Assembly: GCA_946965045.2 (NCBI GenBank) | Contig: OX337230.1 | Coordinates: forward strand, 2,914,001-2,978,000 | Length of the DNA stretch: 64,000 nt | Reading direction: 5' to 3' | DNA from: Epithemia pelagica | Taxonomy: Eukaryota > Protista > Bacillariophyta | In this document: in pieces, positions 23,294 through 35,656 of the stretch | How the letters are laid out: the number at the start of each line of letters is the position of its first letter | Position numbering within the stretch: the stretch's first letter is position 1 | Notes under the pieces: generated by a model | Told to the model about the DNA's origin: nothing | Database searches by the model: none | What the model saw: only the letters and a program-made list of their open reading frames with translations | Program-made: the position numbers and the translations under genes

Positions 23294-24119
23294 ACGTTCT
23301 TGCCTGGTATCAAAGCCTTATATCACACCTTGTTCAATGGTTGCGCTGATCGTGGCCCATTTTGTCGGAGAGGCCGCCCTTCGGAGAAACGAATCTGGGC
23401 CAGGATTCCTCTTGTTCCCGGAGGACCGGAGGAAAGTGATCCAGGTACCTTAACAGGGAGAGAATGGCACTGAATGTGGAGATCCGGTCCGTTTTCCACA
23501 GCCGAAAATTCCCACACAAAAATTTGAAATGTCGATGCTCGATCTTCCAAAGCAGGGCTCGTCCATCGAGTGCCAGTTAGATGAGAGGAAATCAGTCAGC
23601 CGGGACATCTTCTTCCCTGCAGTTTATGTGCCACCTCGATCGGGCTGAAAGCTGCTCTGCTTAGGGGACAAGAAGAGCTACTAGAAGCGGTTTGGCCCAG
23701 CTTTCTTGATTGTCCTGAAACTGTGAAGGAGAAATTGACAATATCTTTATTCCTTTGGGTAGAACCACTCAGTATTCATCCATAAATATAGGTGATCTCT
23801 TTGCCAACCTAGGGTGCTCCGATCCTAGGAATTAGGGAAGTAAGCTATAATATACATCGATCCCGGCGATTACTTCCCCATAGTCTTTCCAGAATAGGAG
23901 TAGCACGTAATCGTGGTTTTAAATGACAGAGGCGCGCGGGGAGTTGCCCCCGTTCGAGATTCTTCCCTCCAAAAACAAGAGAAACGGTCACAAATCTCAA
24001 GCACATCGATCGAATTCATGCCGACAACCTTGTCACACGTCTTCCTCATTGAAACTTCCTTCTTCTTCATGACCATTACAGACAGCTCGTACGCGAATTC
24101 GTGCCAATGATATAACATA

Positions 24120-25520
24120 ATGTCTCTTCATGACCATAAGAAGGATGGAAGCACTTCGGATCGACTTCAGATAGAATGCTCCGTCGTGGAAGAATCTCCT
24201 AGCTCTGCGCATCTCCAACAGCGCCCATGCACTCTTCCTGAATCACTTCCAGATCTCAGCGAGGCATCTATGGTCACTGAACCAACGATATATTACAAGC
24301 TGTCGCGATTCTGGAGTCGATCAGCAGGAAACACCCTCTCATTTGATCATCTACTGCTATTGGCAACCATTGTCGTGTGGTTCCTCGTCGGTGTGGTGGC
24401 CATTGTGACAACAAAGCTTCTTGCCACGTCATGGCAAGTACCACCATTACTATTGACAACCCAACAGATGATCCTGAGCTCATCGCTCCTGCGAGTACTG
24501 CTTGGTGTATTCTCCCACGTTCAGCCGTGGCCATCATCGTCACATTCAACGGTGACGAGAAGCGACAGAGCGATTCACAATGGAGACTACCAAGACGATG
24601 TAGTCGATTCTCGAGAATCATTGTCCTCAGAGAAACGAGTGTCGGGGGTTTATTTCAACCTTGATTTTGTTCTTACTGGGTTTTTCAACTCGTTGGACAT
24701 TCTTGCTTCGAATTCTGCTTTCTATGCGTCTGCTGCCAGCTTTGTGGAAACCGTGAAGGCAAGCGAACCTATTACAACAACAATCGTTGCTCTTGTATGG
24801 AGAATCGATCACCTGTTTCCTCAGGAGGGATGTGCTCTGCTGGTTCTCATTCTCGGAGTACTGTTGTCAACTTATGACAATGCTCATTCGGAAAACTCAA
24901 GTGCTCCTGCATTGACAACGGAAGAATCTGAGACTTCCCTCGAACTTTCCGTTCGAACCGCGCTAACAGTCATGGTGGCGAATCTTTGTTTTGCCTTTCG
25001 TGCGCTTTGTCAGAAGCGATATAGGGCAAACACGGAGCTACTTCAACTGAACGATGTGAACCTACTTTTCAGGCTTCAACAAATTGGCGCCGTTACTTTA
25101 TTGCTCCCCTCCTTCATTGCACATGGGGGGATCATTCTCCATGCTGTGACCATGTCAACGGAAGTAAAGCTCAGATATGTGACTTTGGCATTTGCCAATG
25201 CAGCCTGCTTTGCTGTATACAATGGAGCGTCATGCTACGTTCTCAGCAATGTATCCGTTCTTCATCACTCAGGTTTGAACTGCTTGCGGCGAATGTTTGT
25301 GACACTCTCAACTTGTCTCGTGTTTGGAATCTCCATGTCCCCAGTGGGAATCACGGGAATCATTTTGTGCTTTACGGGGTTTGTTGCGTTCACTCATGCC
25401 CGAACAAAACGAACTTTGCCTCCGTCTCCAGGTTCGAAAAAGACGACGAATGTTGGGGATTGGCCAGAGAGTCCGACCTCTGGTCCCTTGAATCTCAAAG
25501 TCGAGAGCTCACAGGTCTAG
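24120..25520 (+). CDS. Triose-phosphate/nucleotide-sugar transporter family (DMT)
   Basis: IVTTKLL...PLLLT..QM, SFVETVKASEPITT, ANLCFAFRA..QK, YN.AS.YVLS.VS.L.HS..NCLRR; about 10 TM segments. Confidence 0.85.
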   Translation: MSLHDHKKDGSTSDRLQIECSVVEESPSSAHLQQRPCTLPESLPDLSEASMVTEPTIYYKLSRFWSRSAGNTLSFDHLLLLATIVVWFLVGVVAIVTTKLLATSWQVPPLLLTTQQMILSSSLLRVLLGVFSHVQPWPSSSHSTVTRSDRAIHNGDYQDDVVDSRESLSSEKRVSGVYFNLDFVLTGFFNSLDILASNSAFYASAASFVETVKASEPITTTIVALVWRIDHLFPQEGCALLVLILGVLLSTYDNAHSENSSAPALTTEESETSLELSVRTALTVMVANLCFAFRALCQKRYRANTELLQLNDVNLLFRLQQIGAVTLLLPSFIAHGGIILHAVTMSTEVKLRYVTLAFANAACFAVYNGASCYVLSNVSVLHHSGLNCLRRMFVTLSTCLVFGISMSPVGITGIILCFTGFVAFTHARTKRTLPPSPGSKKTTNVGDWPESPTSGPLNLKVESSQV

Positions 25521-25582
25521 AGGCTTGATTCTGGCTTGAATCTCAAAGTCGAGAGCTCACAGGTCTAGAGGCTTGATTCTGG
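25487..25582 (+). repeat. Perfect 48-bp tandem duplication spanning the transporter stop codon
   Basis: cttgaatctcaaagtcgagagctcacaggtctagaggcttgattctgg at 25487-25534 and 25535-25582. Confidence 0.95.
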
Positions 25583-26984
25583 TAGTACAGCTGGACAGGG
25601 CACTAAAACCTGCAACATCGAGAGCCTTATTCCTACTGCTTGTAGTTCATAATTACTTGGTAGTTTAAAATCACTTTGGGGAGAAGCAAATGGCTTTACC
25701 ACGGCTTGGACTTTGCGATGCAATAAGGAATTGATGTGCTCTATTCAGATTTACTGCAGATTTTGAACAGCTGCATCTCGTTTCATCTCCCTGAATTTGA
25801 AACCAGCATCCTTTGTCACAGCGAAACAGCGAATTGAATTCGCTTTGTTTATTCGCATCATTCAGCTGATTGAAGTTTCTTAATCATCCATGAGTAGCTA
25901 TTGGACAATGGGGTCATCCGAGCCCGTAATACTTGAGCAGAGAGCTTTGCGAGGATCACTGTGGAATCATTCCCTGGTCTCTGACTCCTAAGGGGTTGCA
26001 GAGAATTTTTGGATAACAGCCTTGTACGACGGTTGAAGTCCTCCCTTTCCGTTCATTGAAGTACCAAAGTAGACAGAAAGAGACTGATATTTCGGCGACG
26101 AGGCAGACCTGGTGTGAGAGATGGAAGGGAAAGTTCAATGGTCTCGTCGGAAGGAGTACGAAGTAACGGGTTTCATATCTGTACGATTCATGGAATAGAG
26201 CGATGCTGAAATCATTGCAAGATGCCACACGCTCTGTCAAGGCCAGCAAATCCAAGATTTACATTCCTGACCAGTATTTCGTAGTCTCCAATTCCCCAAT
26301 TCTCGATTGGCACATTCATTGTTGGATTGTGCGACCATGAAACGGTCCGCTGGCGTGTGGGGGAACTCACGCGAGTAACAGGCACGCTTGCATGCACCTT
26401 CACTCTTCCCGTCCTCACAAAACACAAGATTACAGAGAAGAAGGACAGCAATGAGCAACCCCATCGTTCCATTGATTGTTCATCGTCATGGGAAATCTAG
26501 TGTGAAGGTGCTAATAAGATAATACGAACCTCAGACCAACAAAGAACATGAAGGCTCAAACTGTGTCAATTTAAATTATCAGAAGGATGAGTGTCTTGTC
26601 TTGAGTATGGTCAAAGGCAACAAGTGAAAGACCACACATGAAAAGACCACCGTGTTGAAGGGGAAGCACCCGTGAAGAAACGCAAGAGAAGAATCGACCA
26701 GGTCCAGAAACTATATTGAAGTAGTTAGACGCAATTTGAAGAATTAGCTGAGACCTGGCCCCACTGAGAACCACGCGAAATTTAAAGGTTGGTGTACAAA
26801 CAATGGATACCGCTATGATACCGCCGGCCTGATCCGTAGTGGTGAATAAAATCTGAGCCTTCTGCCGTTCCTCTCACCATGCTGGACGTGTGTCTATAAA
26901 TCATTCGACTCTTTCCTTTTGCAGGCACTCTCTTTGAAAAATGTCGTGGAAGAGCACAGAGCAGGGAATACTAATCTTCCAGAA

Positions 26985-27956
26985 TCATGCTGACGGATCA
27001 TCCAGTCGAAAAATTTCATCCATACTCTTGCGCAACGAGGGATGTAATACGTGGGGACATTCTTCAAATAAGAGCATGGACAATCCCCAAATCAAGCCAG
27101 CACTCCATCGATACGACGATGGAAACCACTGTGAAAGAGACGACAATGATGACGACGACTCTCGTGGCAATACTTTGCGGTGATCTTTCTCGTCGTGACG
27201 GCCGGTACTGTAGCTGCCCCATAGTCGTTTGACCATGCCAATAGTCACGCGACTGGCCAAATACAAGAGAATTTGATAATTGAGGGGGGTGTAGGTACCC
27301 CAAGCTAAGGAGCCACTCACGACTCCAGCGAGCAAGGCATGATGCGGACGTTGCGGATATCCTGCATCCGCTGAGGGAGGGGATGTTGGTGATCGCAAGT
27401 TGTTCGTAGAGGAGGTTGCTGAAGAGTGATCCCATATGCCATGCACTGTAGATGGGTTTCGAGAATGCCATCAATGGATTGCGGGTTGGTGAGAAAGAAA
27501 TTCGCAAAACGGAGGATGGTAAACACGGCACCATACATCACGACAAACTTGCATTATGCGAAGGCCTTTTCTCTATTGTGAGACACATTAATGTTTCGAC
27601 GTACAAATAAAAGAAAGGAGGGACTCAGCCCTTCTTATTATGGTCGTTGAACTGGACGGCAACGATCCTTGTCGTTGTATTCGTATTGCTCTGTTTGGTC
27701 GATTGTGAAAATGATACTTTAAGAGAGCCAAGAGAATCTTATAGGTGGCGGCAAACACAGCCAATCGAGAGGCATGGGCCATGGTTTGTTTGGCAATGTA
27801 TCTCATCTTGCCATGCAAAGTCGGTAACCGAGGAAACAACAAGGTCATAATCAAGGTATGAGGGAAACGTATTTTGACGCCATATCGAGCGCCACCCAGC
27901 AAGCCTCTCAGAATTGCTTGCAATTCGTCGGCAACAGCAGATGACAGGGATGCCAT
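26985..27956 (-). CDS. PXMP4: Peroxisomal membrane protein 4 (PMP24, Tim17 family)
   Basis: GARYGVKIRFPHTLIM, HASRLAVFAATYK, intron 27604-27446, HALLAG..SG..AWG....NYQILLYLASRV, WGLSMLLFE....L..SL..SM. Confidence 0.85.
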
Positions 27957-28179
27957 TGTCATTCTCATTCGTTTGGCTAACATTGTCGCACCGAAGTTGA
28001 GGCAGTTAGTCACCCGGACGTATCAGCAGAAACGGTCCGTGAATGGGCTGAGTCTTGGGTACTGGATCACTCACCTTAAGTTACCCTATTTTTGACCAAA
28101 AAAGACCCAGTCGAACAACTATTCGTATTAGTAGCATGATCGATCTCAAAAGCATATCTACATGTGTTCGTTTCATTCT

Positions 28180-30010
28180 CTAGATCATTCCACGTTCGAT
28201 TTGCCATACGTCGCCCTTCGGCCCCGATCGCTTGGCAACAACCTTGTCAATAAGATCGATTTCATCATTTGTTAATTGGAAGGTGTGCGTTTGGACGTTT
28301 TCCATCAAATGACTTTGATTCCGCACACCAATCAGCACCGAGGCGACACCTGGTGTTTGCAGGACATAGCGTTGGGCCACGTTGGCTACAGTCGCAGCGG
28401 AGCATCGACCATCATCTTGTACTTGTTTCGCAATCATTTGCATGGTCTCCAACAACTCTTGGACCAAACTCCAGGATCCGAAACGGCGTGCTGTCGCTGT
28501 ATACAATCGCATACTTGCTGTGGTTTTGGATTCTTCTGCCGTTAAGGGCTCGTTGCGACGACCTAAATATTGGTTGGACAAAATACCACTTGCAACAGTC
28601 CCAAAGGCTATCAAACCAACATTGTTTTCGGCACACCATTCGGTCATTCCGGACTGGACGGGTCTACGGTCCAAGGCAGACAATTGCACTTGATGCGAAA
28701 CAATGGGAACGCCAGCTTTGACCAATTCCTGTAACCGTGGCAAATCAAAATTGGTCGCACCAATCTCCTGAATGTATCCTTCCTCTTTTAGCTCGGTTAA
28801 ATACAGTGCTACGTCCACATAGCTGTATCACCAAATCGAGAACACAAGAAAGGAAAAAGAGATAACGAGAAGAAAGAGACATAGAAAGAGACATTTGAAA
28901 TGCTCAATGTGAGACGGAGTGACTCGACTGGTCACGCGCAAAAGAAAGGCAACTAGACAACAGGGAGCAAAACAACATGCAGTAATCCCTTTATGTGTCT
29001 CCTGACGTATCTTTGAAGGACGAAGGAGTACGTACCGTTTGATATCGTAGTCACTCCAAAAGAACTGTACCAGGGGTAGTTTGGATACTTGCAATCGTTC
29101 GCATTGTTGTAGGATTCGTTGTTTGACTTCGGCACGATCAATGTCAAACAGGAAGCGGAAACAACAAAATTTGGTGCATGGAACTGGGGCAGGAAGAGCC
29201 CCATTGTTGCCGGATTGTCCGACAAACTGTCCGACCACGCGCTCCGAGGGTCCATAAATATCGGCCGTATCCAAGGTATTAATACCGGCATTCCAATGGG
29301 CCTTCATATTCGCCAAGGCATCCGATTCTAAAGGCGCCAGGAAATGATTGCGGAGGGATTTTGGAATTAAATGAGATACACTCATTGAACGACAACGACA
29401 AATACCACAGAATATTACGATACGTACCTTTGTATCGACCATGACCTCCGGCCAGTTGCCAATATCCTTGAATGGTGCGACTCACGTACAAGCTTCCCTT
29501 TCCCAATTGGACTTGAGGGACAACAATTTTGCTCGTTGTTTCGGCTGCGTTGGCCACGGCCACCGAGGGTCCCAGTTCTAGTCCGGCGGATTCTCGACGA
29601 GGCAAATACAATCCGCTTGGTGTTTTTGTGGCAGTGGTGGCAGCGGTCCAGGCTGCCATGGTGGTCGCTGTCATTTGTCCCAGCACCTGTCGTCGATGAC
29701 GTGAAGTTGTTTCACTGTTGGATGGGGACGACGACGAAATGGTTGGACCATTTGATGGAGCCTCTTGTCCGGACCCTTCGTCACATTGCGCTGGATCCAG
29801 TGGCCCTGAGAACAACGCCCATTGTGGCGAATGATGGATTGAAGTGTGCCTTGTTGGCGATAGTTGCCGCAAAGTTCTAGTTCTTGGTTGAAAGCCACCA
29901 ACAAAAACACCAAAGTTACTGCTGAAAGCGTTCAGCATAAATATATTGGGGAAAAGTAACATGACTGCTGATATTGGAAGTACGACAGCTTGTGCTGAGA
30001 AGAACACCAT
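28180..30010 (-). CDS. Plastid-targeted aldo/keto reductase, 3 exons
   Basis: Introns 29427-29328 and 29035-28823. GYWQLAGGHG, TLDTADIYGPSE, CTKF, LVQFFW, IGATNFD, SHQVQLSALDRRP, IAFGTVASGILS. Leader ending NA/F. Confidence 0.9.
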
Positions 30011-30355
30011 GGTTTAATGGTAAATGTAACCTCGCCCTGATTCTTCTCTTCGTGTGTTGTCACGATGGAAGATTTTGGTGCGTCAGTGAGTCACGCGTAT
30101 CAACGACTCCTGTAATGCTCCATGTGCTCTCGGTTTATGTTTTCCTCAAGTGATGCCCGGGACTCCTCCGAGGAGTAGGAGTAATTTCTTTTGCGGTCTT
30201 TTGTTGCTCAAGAAGCTTTGGAAATGGTTTAGAAGCAACGAAGCTACTATTTTGCCTTCGCTGTGAGTTCATAAAATGCTAGCTTCATTGGTGCCTGCTT
30301 TATAATATCTCTCTAGCTTGTAGAGAGGGGACAAGAATCGCAATATGTGTTCCCG
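29890..30355. repeat. 466-bp direct repeat, copy A (AKR first codons plus upstream region)
   Basis: Matches 32077-32542 at constant offset 2187, with three substitutions seen by eye. Confidence 0.95.
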
Positions 30356-32076
30356 CATCTTGTTGCTTCCTTCCCACCAGGATTTGGAAGACTTCAAAAC
30401 TTTGCCTTCGGTCCACCAAAATGGCCAACCCATCGCCGCCCGTTCATTCCGTCACAGTACACTTGATTCTGAGGACTCCGTGGTGGTCGGAGGAGTGCTA
30501 GCACCTTTAGTTGGAGGTGCACACCGGCTTGAGTTTGCCATGTTGGTGCCATGCAGTGTATCATGACCGTGGTTTCCTAAACCACCGGCCCAGATAACTA
30601 TAGACAATAGAGTACAAGTATGAAAAGCACGGCTAACTGTGGGGGAGTTTTTCGGCCCCCGGAGTCCGTATTGTCCACGTCGTCGTCGTTCACCAACCAA
30701 TTCTACTCTTCTTTGGTTGTGGCGACTTTTCGATGTCTACTTGTGGACGCCATGGCTCCTATGGATGCAACATGAGATCTCGAGCTGGAAGACCAGACGA
30801 CGACCTAGCTCTGGCTATCCTCTCGGGTATGTGCGACCAAAGCGCAAGAAACGAACAACACTACAACACCTAGTTGCTCAAGCAACTAAGATCAACACCG
30901 AGGGCAGGGATGACCAACGATCATCACAAGCCCGAACAACTACCTTTGACTCAGACACGATGACCATTCTGGTCGATATTGCCGCGTCAGCCTGTATTAC
31001 AAACCAGTTGAGTGACTTCATCGAGCCACCTAAATCTGTACAGGTTCAAGTCACAGGTATTAGCAAGAAGCAAGCGATGGCCACTAAGAAAGGCACAGTG
31101 GCCTGGCGAATTGAAGACGATGATGGCCAACAGAATAAATTTGTTATTAGGAACACTTACTGTGTTCCTGATGCACCACATCGACTCCTATGCCCTCAAC
31201 AGTGGGCACAGCAAGCAAACGACCACGTACCAACACCAGAGGGAACTGGATGCATGACCACAAGCAGGCATGTGATCTTGTTCTGGGACCAACGACGGCA
31301 TCGAAAGACCATTCCCTTGGACACAAAGCTAAACATTGGCTTTCTGCATTCGGCCCCTGGGTGCAAACAGTTTGCTGCATTTGTTGCGTCACACGAAATG
31401 GATCACAACTTGGAGTCCAACCAAAACTTGTCCATTTTCGAAACCCACATCATACCAGATGATGAGGAAGCAACACAACATGAACAGGACGACAATGACT
31501 TGTCGCTGCAGCCTCCAGATCCTGTGGAACCGTCTAGACCGACGGATCCACCAATCAACCGATCAGTGAGCCATCCTGTTCAAACTGTCGACGTAACAGA
31601 AGTCGACTTTGACCTTTCTGAAGGACCCCATGTCATACCAGATGACAAAGAGCCAACAACCATTGATCCTCAGGATGAGTTGTTGCGGTGGCATTATCGT
31701 TTGGGCCACCTTTCTTTTAAGAGAATTCTACAAATGGCACGACAAAGTATCCTAACTAAGAAATTGTTGAATGCCAAGGTGCCCATCTGCCCTGCATGCC
31801 AATATGGCAAGATGACCCGTCGTCCATGGAAGACCAAAGGACAAGCGCAAAGATCTCGTGTCAAAGCAGTGACCAGGCCTGGACAAGTTGTGTCAGTCGA
31901 TCAACTCGAATCCACCACAGTGGGATTTGTGGCACAACTCAAGGGTAGACTCACACTGCGACGCTATAAATATACGACTGTATTTGTGGATCAGTTCTCG
32001 CGACTGTCCTTCGTATACTTACAGTATCGCCTGACGAGTGAAGAGACTGTCTTGGCCAAGCATGCGTTTGGTTGGT
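30356..32076 (+). mobile_element. Truncated Ty1/copia fragment (protease-like, GAG-pre-integrase, integrase N-part)
   Basis: LVDIAASACITN, LLRWHYRLGHLSF...CPACQYGK, PGQVVSVDQLES, TVFVDQFSRLSFV; cut off before the remaining catalytic residues. In-frame TGA stops at 30564 and 30621 upstream. No LTRs. Confidence 0.9.
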
Positions 32077-32542
32077 GAAAGCCATCAACAAAAACACTAA
32101 AGTTACTGCTGAAAGCGTTCAGCATAAATATATTGGGGAAAAGTAACATGACTGCTGATATTGGAAGTACGACAGCTTGTGCTGAGAAGAACACCATGGT
32201 TTAATGGTAAATGTAACCTCGCCCTGATTCTTCTCTTCGTGTGTTGTCACGATGGAAGATTTTGGTGCGTCAGTGAGTCACGCGTATCAACGACTCCTGT
32301 AATGCTCCATGTGCTCTCGGTTTATGTTTTCCTCAAGTGATGCCCGGGACTCCTCCGAGGAGTAGGAGTAATTTCTTTTGCGGTCTTTTGTTGCTCAAGA
32401 AGCTTTGGAAATGGTTAAGAAGCAACGAAGCTACTATTTTGCCTTCGCTGTGAGTTCATAAAATGCTAGCTTCATTGGTGCCTGCTTTATAATATCTCTC
32501 TAGCTTGTAGAGAGGGGACAAGAATCGCAATATGTGTTCCCG
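32077..32542. repeat. 466-bp direct repeat, copy B
   Basis: Second copy of 29890-30355. Yields ORF 31991-32197, with the AKR leader fused to antisense integrase sequence. Confidence 0.95.
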
Positions 32543-32915
32543 TTAATTCTTCATGTCCTTTACAAGCAAACATAGCAGCAGACAGTATCAGCACCTTGCC
32601 TGAAGTCGATGTTTCACGGGTAAGGTGTTCAGGGTTCAGGTGGAGGAAATCCAGGGCAGAGGAAATCCCATTGCCAACTGCCAATGAGCACAAGGTGAAC
32701 TCAACGCGTTGGTCCGAAACATGAGAATGCATGGGGTCGCCTTTTGGTAGCCTCTTATTTCTGCATCGCCCGACGCACAGACCATTTACCCGACCCCACC
32801 CATCAATCGAGATCTTCCAACAATTGTCACAAAGATACACACCAACCCACCGCCGCTGTCCCTCTGAAGCGATCCCAAAGTCAGATTGACCAACACCAAC
32901 GCACATATTTCAACA

Positions 32916-33395
32916 ATGGCGTCCATTGGCAATGCGAAGCAGCTTGTCCGAAAGTTTACCATACTTCCTAAGACATTGTATCGAATCCAAGCTCGGTTAC
33001 CGGTGAAACTCCGTGACTATGAAACGCAAATGGCCAAAGGCCGCGCTTCGTTTGATCTAAAAATACACGAAGATGGTTTGGTCCACCCGGCTCATGGTGA
33101 TGAGTGGATTGGTCCGAATGGCATGTCCTTGCGTCCGGCGACAGACACCATGCTCGGAATTCTCGAGGATTTCAAGGGTGAACCCACCATCTTTCGTTTG
33201 AACGAAGGTCTTCGCTTGCCTGACAATCTCATTGTTATTCACGAACGAGACGATCACTGGTCGATGCAAACGAGAGAACCAACTTCATTGGAAGATCTCA
33301 ACCAATCCTTGACTGAACTACTGGAAGATGCACCGAAGCAAACAAGGGAGCAATTTCAAGAACAAATGGAGGACTTGGATGATCAAGATAATTGA
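32916..33395 (+). CDS. Tse2-like ADP-ribosyltransferase toxin-family protein
   Basis: PKTLYRIQ...LRDYETQ...SFDL...DGLVHP...GPNGMSLRP...LP..LIVIHERDDHWSMQ..EP.SLEDLN..LTE matches my recollection of the eukaryotic (mostly fungal) ADPRTs_Tse2 family. Intronless, 159 aa. Confidence 0.7.
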   Translation: MASIGNAKQLVRKFTILPKTLYRIQARLPVKLRDYETQMAKGRASFDLKIHEDGLVHPAHGDEWIGPNGMSLRPATDTMLGILEDFKGEPTIFRLNEGLRLPDNLIVIHERDDHWSMQTREPTSLEDLNQSLTELLEDAPKQTREQFQEQMEDLDDQDN

Positions 33396-33886
33396 AAGCG
33401 TTAGTCCAAGAGAAAGTCAATTTCCCTCAACGACTTGATTTAGATCAGTGCTGAGAATGCAAGTACAAGATGCTCACATGGGCGCGTTTCCGATATTGTG
33501 TTGTTCATTCGTGTAGGCTGCCAAGAAATGTCGAATATTCGTAGACTTTAGACTTTCAAATCATAGTCTTCAAACCAGTTTTATAAAAGAATAATAAAAC
33601 CTACTTCCTGTAGAGTTCCACTGTTGATGAATTGAAAGCACAATGGTATGATTGTTCCACCACAGGAAGAAGCGATGAACGATCAACAGATTTGTTGATC
33701 GACAAAGAAATACACAAAAGAAACTATCGAAACGGGGATTGAATGCATCGGGTGGTTCCTGAGTATATGGCACAGACGGAACCCTGGATATTCTTCACAG
33801 ATATCAGCTCTCATATACTGTTCTTAAATTACTCGGGAGTGGTCGTTTTGCTTGGTTACCCGTTGGGCTTGGAGACTGCACCCAGT

Positions 33887-35656
33887 TTAACGTGCAAACG
33901 AGGCCCTTGGCGATTTTCGGAGACTCTCATAGGTGGTAGGCATTTCCATCTTGCAATAGGCTTCACTTCTCATTCTTGCAGTCGGTGTCATCTCCCGAGG
34001 AGAAGTCTCCGAAAATGAAAAGGCATAAGACGAAGAGGAGGGAGAACGTGGTGGTCCACCATAACCACCACTAGTCGTTCTCGACGAAGCATTAGGAGAC
34101 AAGGAACGTCTACCATGTGCAATTGCAGCTGCAGAAAATGTAGGAGGACATGATCTTGGACTTGGACGTGGATGTGGAGGTGGTACCAAATCCAACGAGA
34201 CATCTTGCGTTTCCTCATGTTCATCTTCGGTAGGAAATCCGTTTGATTCGAAGGACTCACTCGAAGGATGAGTATCAGATGCTTTAGGCGACGCTCGTTT
34301 GCGCTGATGATTCAAGGCAAGTCCAGAAAGTTTGGACACTGCAACGTTCAATTTCGGTTCCATCGCGGAGGCAGTCGGGAGGGGCGGAGCCCATTTAGGC
34401 CGTTCGATGGCCTTTCTGCGCTCTTCGGCTTCCTTCTCTGCAAGTTCCTTGGCAGCTCTCGCTTTGATGTAGGCTTGTTGCAAGGTTTTTAAATAGACAC
34501 GAGCACGGGCCCTGGCATGTTCCTCTTGTGGAGTCAAAACACGTCGTTCCTGAGACAGGGATCGAGCTCGACGGGGTGGTACAGACGGTGGCTTTGATAC
34601 TTGCTTGAACCTTCGACGCGCTTGTTCCTGCTCAAATCGTTCCTTGGCCGAAAGGCGAGTGGATTTCTTCTCCCCATACTTGTCGAGATTGACGGGAGTC
34701 TCGCCCTGTAACTTTTGTTCTTGCATGTTCTTTAAACGTTCCAACACTGTCCCATACCGACTGGCCGAAGAAGCAAACGACGAAGCCGAGGCAGTTCGTC
34801 GGACACCGCGGTGCGCGGGAGACAACGGTGCTTGTCTTGGGGATGAAGATGGATTGCTTGCATTCCGCGGAGAAGAAGAATAAGCGGTCGGAGATGCAGG
34901 AAACGACGGTACAACGACTGGAATAGCGCGTTGCGGTCTTTGAAGGGGGTAGGTGGAGGCGGAACCACCACTGCTATAGGGTTGCACCGCCGAACTAGAT
35001 GACAAGCATGGAATGGACCCAGATTTGCGCATCGGATGCGACGATGAATCCCTGTAAGCACATGGTTTCTCAATAGATTCATCAACCATCCAGTCGGACG
35101 AAGACAAAGTGTCCTCGTGGGAACCTGCCGAACAAGAAGAAGCACAGCAGCTTCCCTGATGCACGACTACTTCGTGAGGCTTTCCAATAGACTCATGAGA
35201 GTATGTGTTGATAGAAAGCGAAGAAGAGTTGGGATGATAAACCATGGAAGGAGGCTTACCCTGCGCACTGTGGCGGAACTGGTGGTTTGCTCCATGTTCC
35301 AATTCGTATGCTGGATGAGAAACACACGTCTCTCGATGGGAAGCTTTGTGTAATTGGTCTTTTACTACCCGGTATTGTTTGAGGCGTTCCATTTCTTGTT
35401 GGATTTCATCGACCACCACTAATGGAGCCACGGGGCGTCGAGGGGCAGGTGAACTTGTCGTTGTAGATCGCCCTGCCATGCCGGGTGGAGTGGGAGGATG
35501 ATTGTATTTGTTTGTGTTCGTAGTCTGTTGGTAAGTGCTTTTCTGGTTGTTGGTCTGTTGGTGGGTGTTGCTCTGGTTGATGCTCTGCTGGTACATGACT
35601 TTCGCCTGCTGGTAGGGATATTGCCTCGACAGGATCATACTTGTGCTCAGATTCAT
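33887..35656 (-). CDS. Hypothetical Ser/Pro/Arg-rich low-complexity protein with a coiled-coil segment
   Basis: 589-aa ORF; charged helix RARVYLKTLQQAYIKARAAKELAEKEAEERRK; no domain recognised. Confidence 0.55.
   Translation of the reverse strand: MNLSTSMILSRQYPYQQAKVMYQQSINQSNTHQQTNNQKSTYQQTTNTNKYNHPPTPPGMAGRSTTTSSPAPRRPVAPLVVVDEIQQEMERLKQYRVVKDQLHKASHRETCVSHPAYELEHGANHQFRHSAQGKPPSMVYHPNSSSLSINTYSHESIGKPHEVVVHQGSCCASSCSAGSHEDTLSSSDWMVDESIEKPCAYRDSSSHPMRKSGSIPCLSSSSAVQPYSSGGSASTYPLQRPQRAIPVVVPSFPASPTAYSSSPRNASNPSSSPRQAPLSPAHRGVRRTASASSFASSASRYGTVLERLKNMQEQKLQGETPVNLDKYGEKKSTRLSAKERFEQEQARRRFKQVSKPPSVPPRRARSLSQERRVLTPQEEHARARARVYLKTLQQAYIKARAAKELAEKEAEERRKAIERPKWAPPLPTASAMEPKLNVAVSKLSGLALNHQRKRASPKASDTHPSSESFESNGFPTEDEHEETQDVSLDLVPPPHPRPSPRSCPPTFSAAAIAHGRRSLSPNASSRTTSGGYGGPPRSPSSSSYAFSFSETSPREMTPTARMRSEAYCKMEMPTTYESLRKSPRASFAR

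Noticed and set aside
25690-26480. Possible degraded minus-strand gene (ORFs 26212-26472 and 25956-26255)
   Set aside because: Protein-like fragments, but I could not join them with convincing splice sites or assign a family.
29890-32542. The 466-bp repeats as LTRs of the enclosed Copia fragment
   Set aside because: They encode the genuine AKR leader in frame with the gene, copy B lacks a CA end, there is no PBS or PPT, and the integrase is cut mid-domain at the junction.
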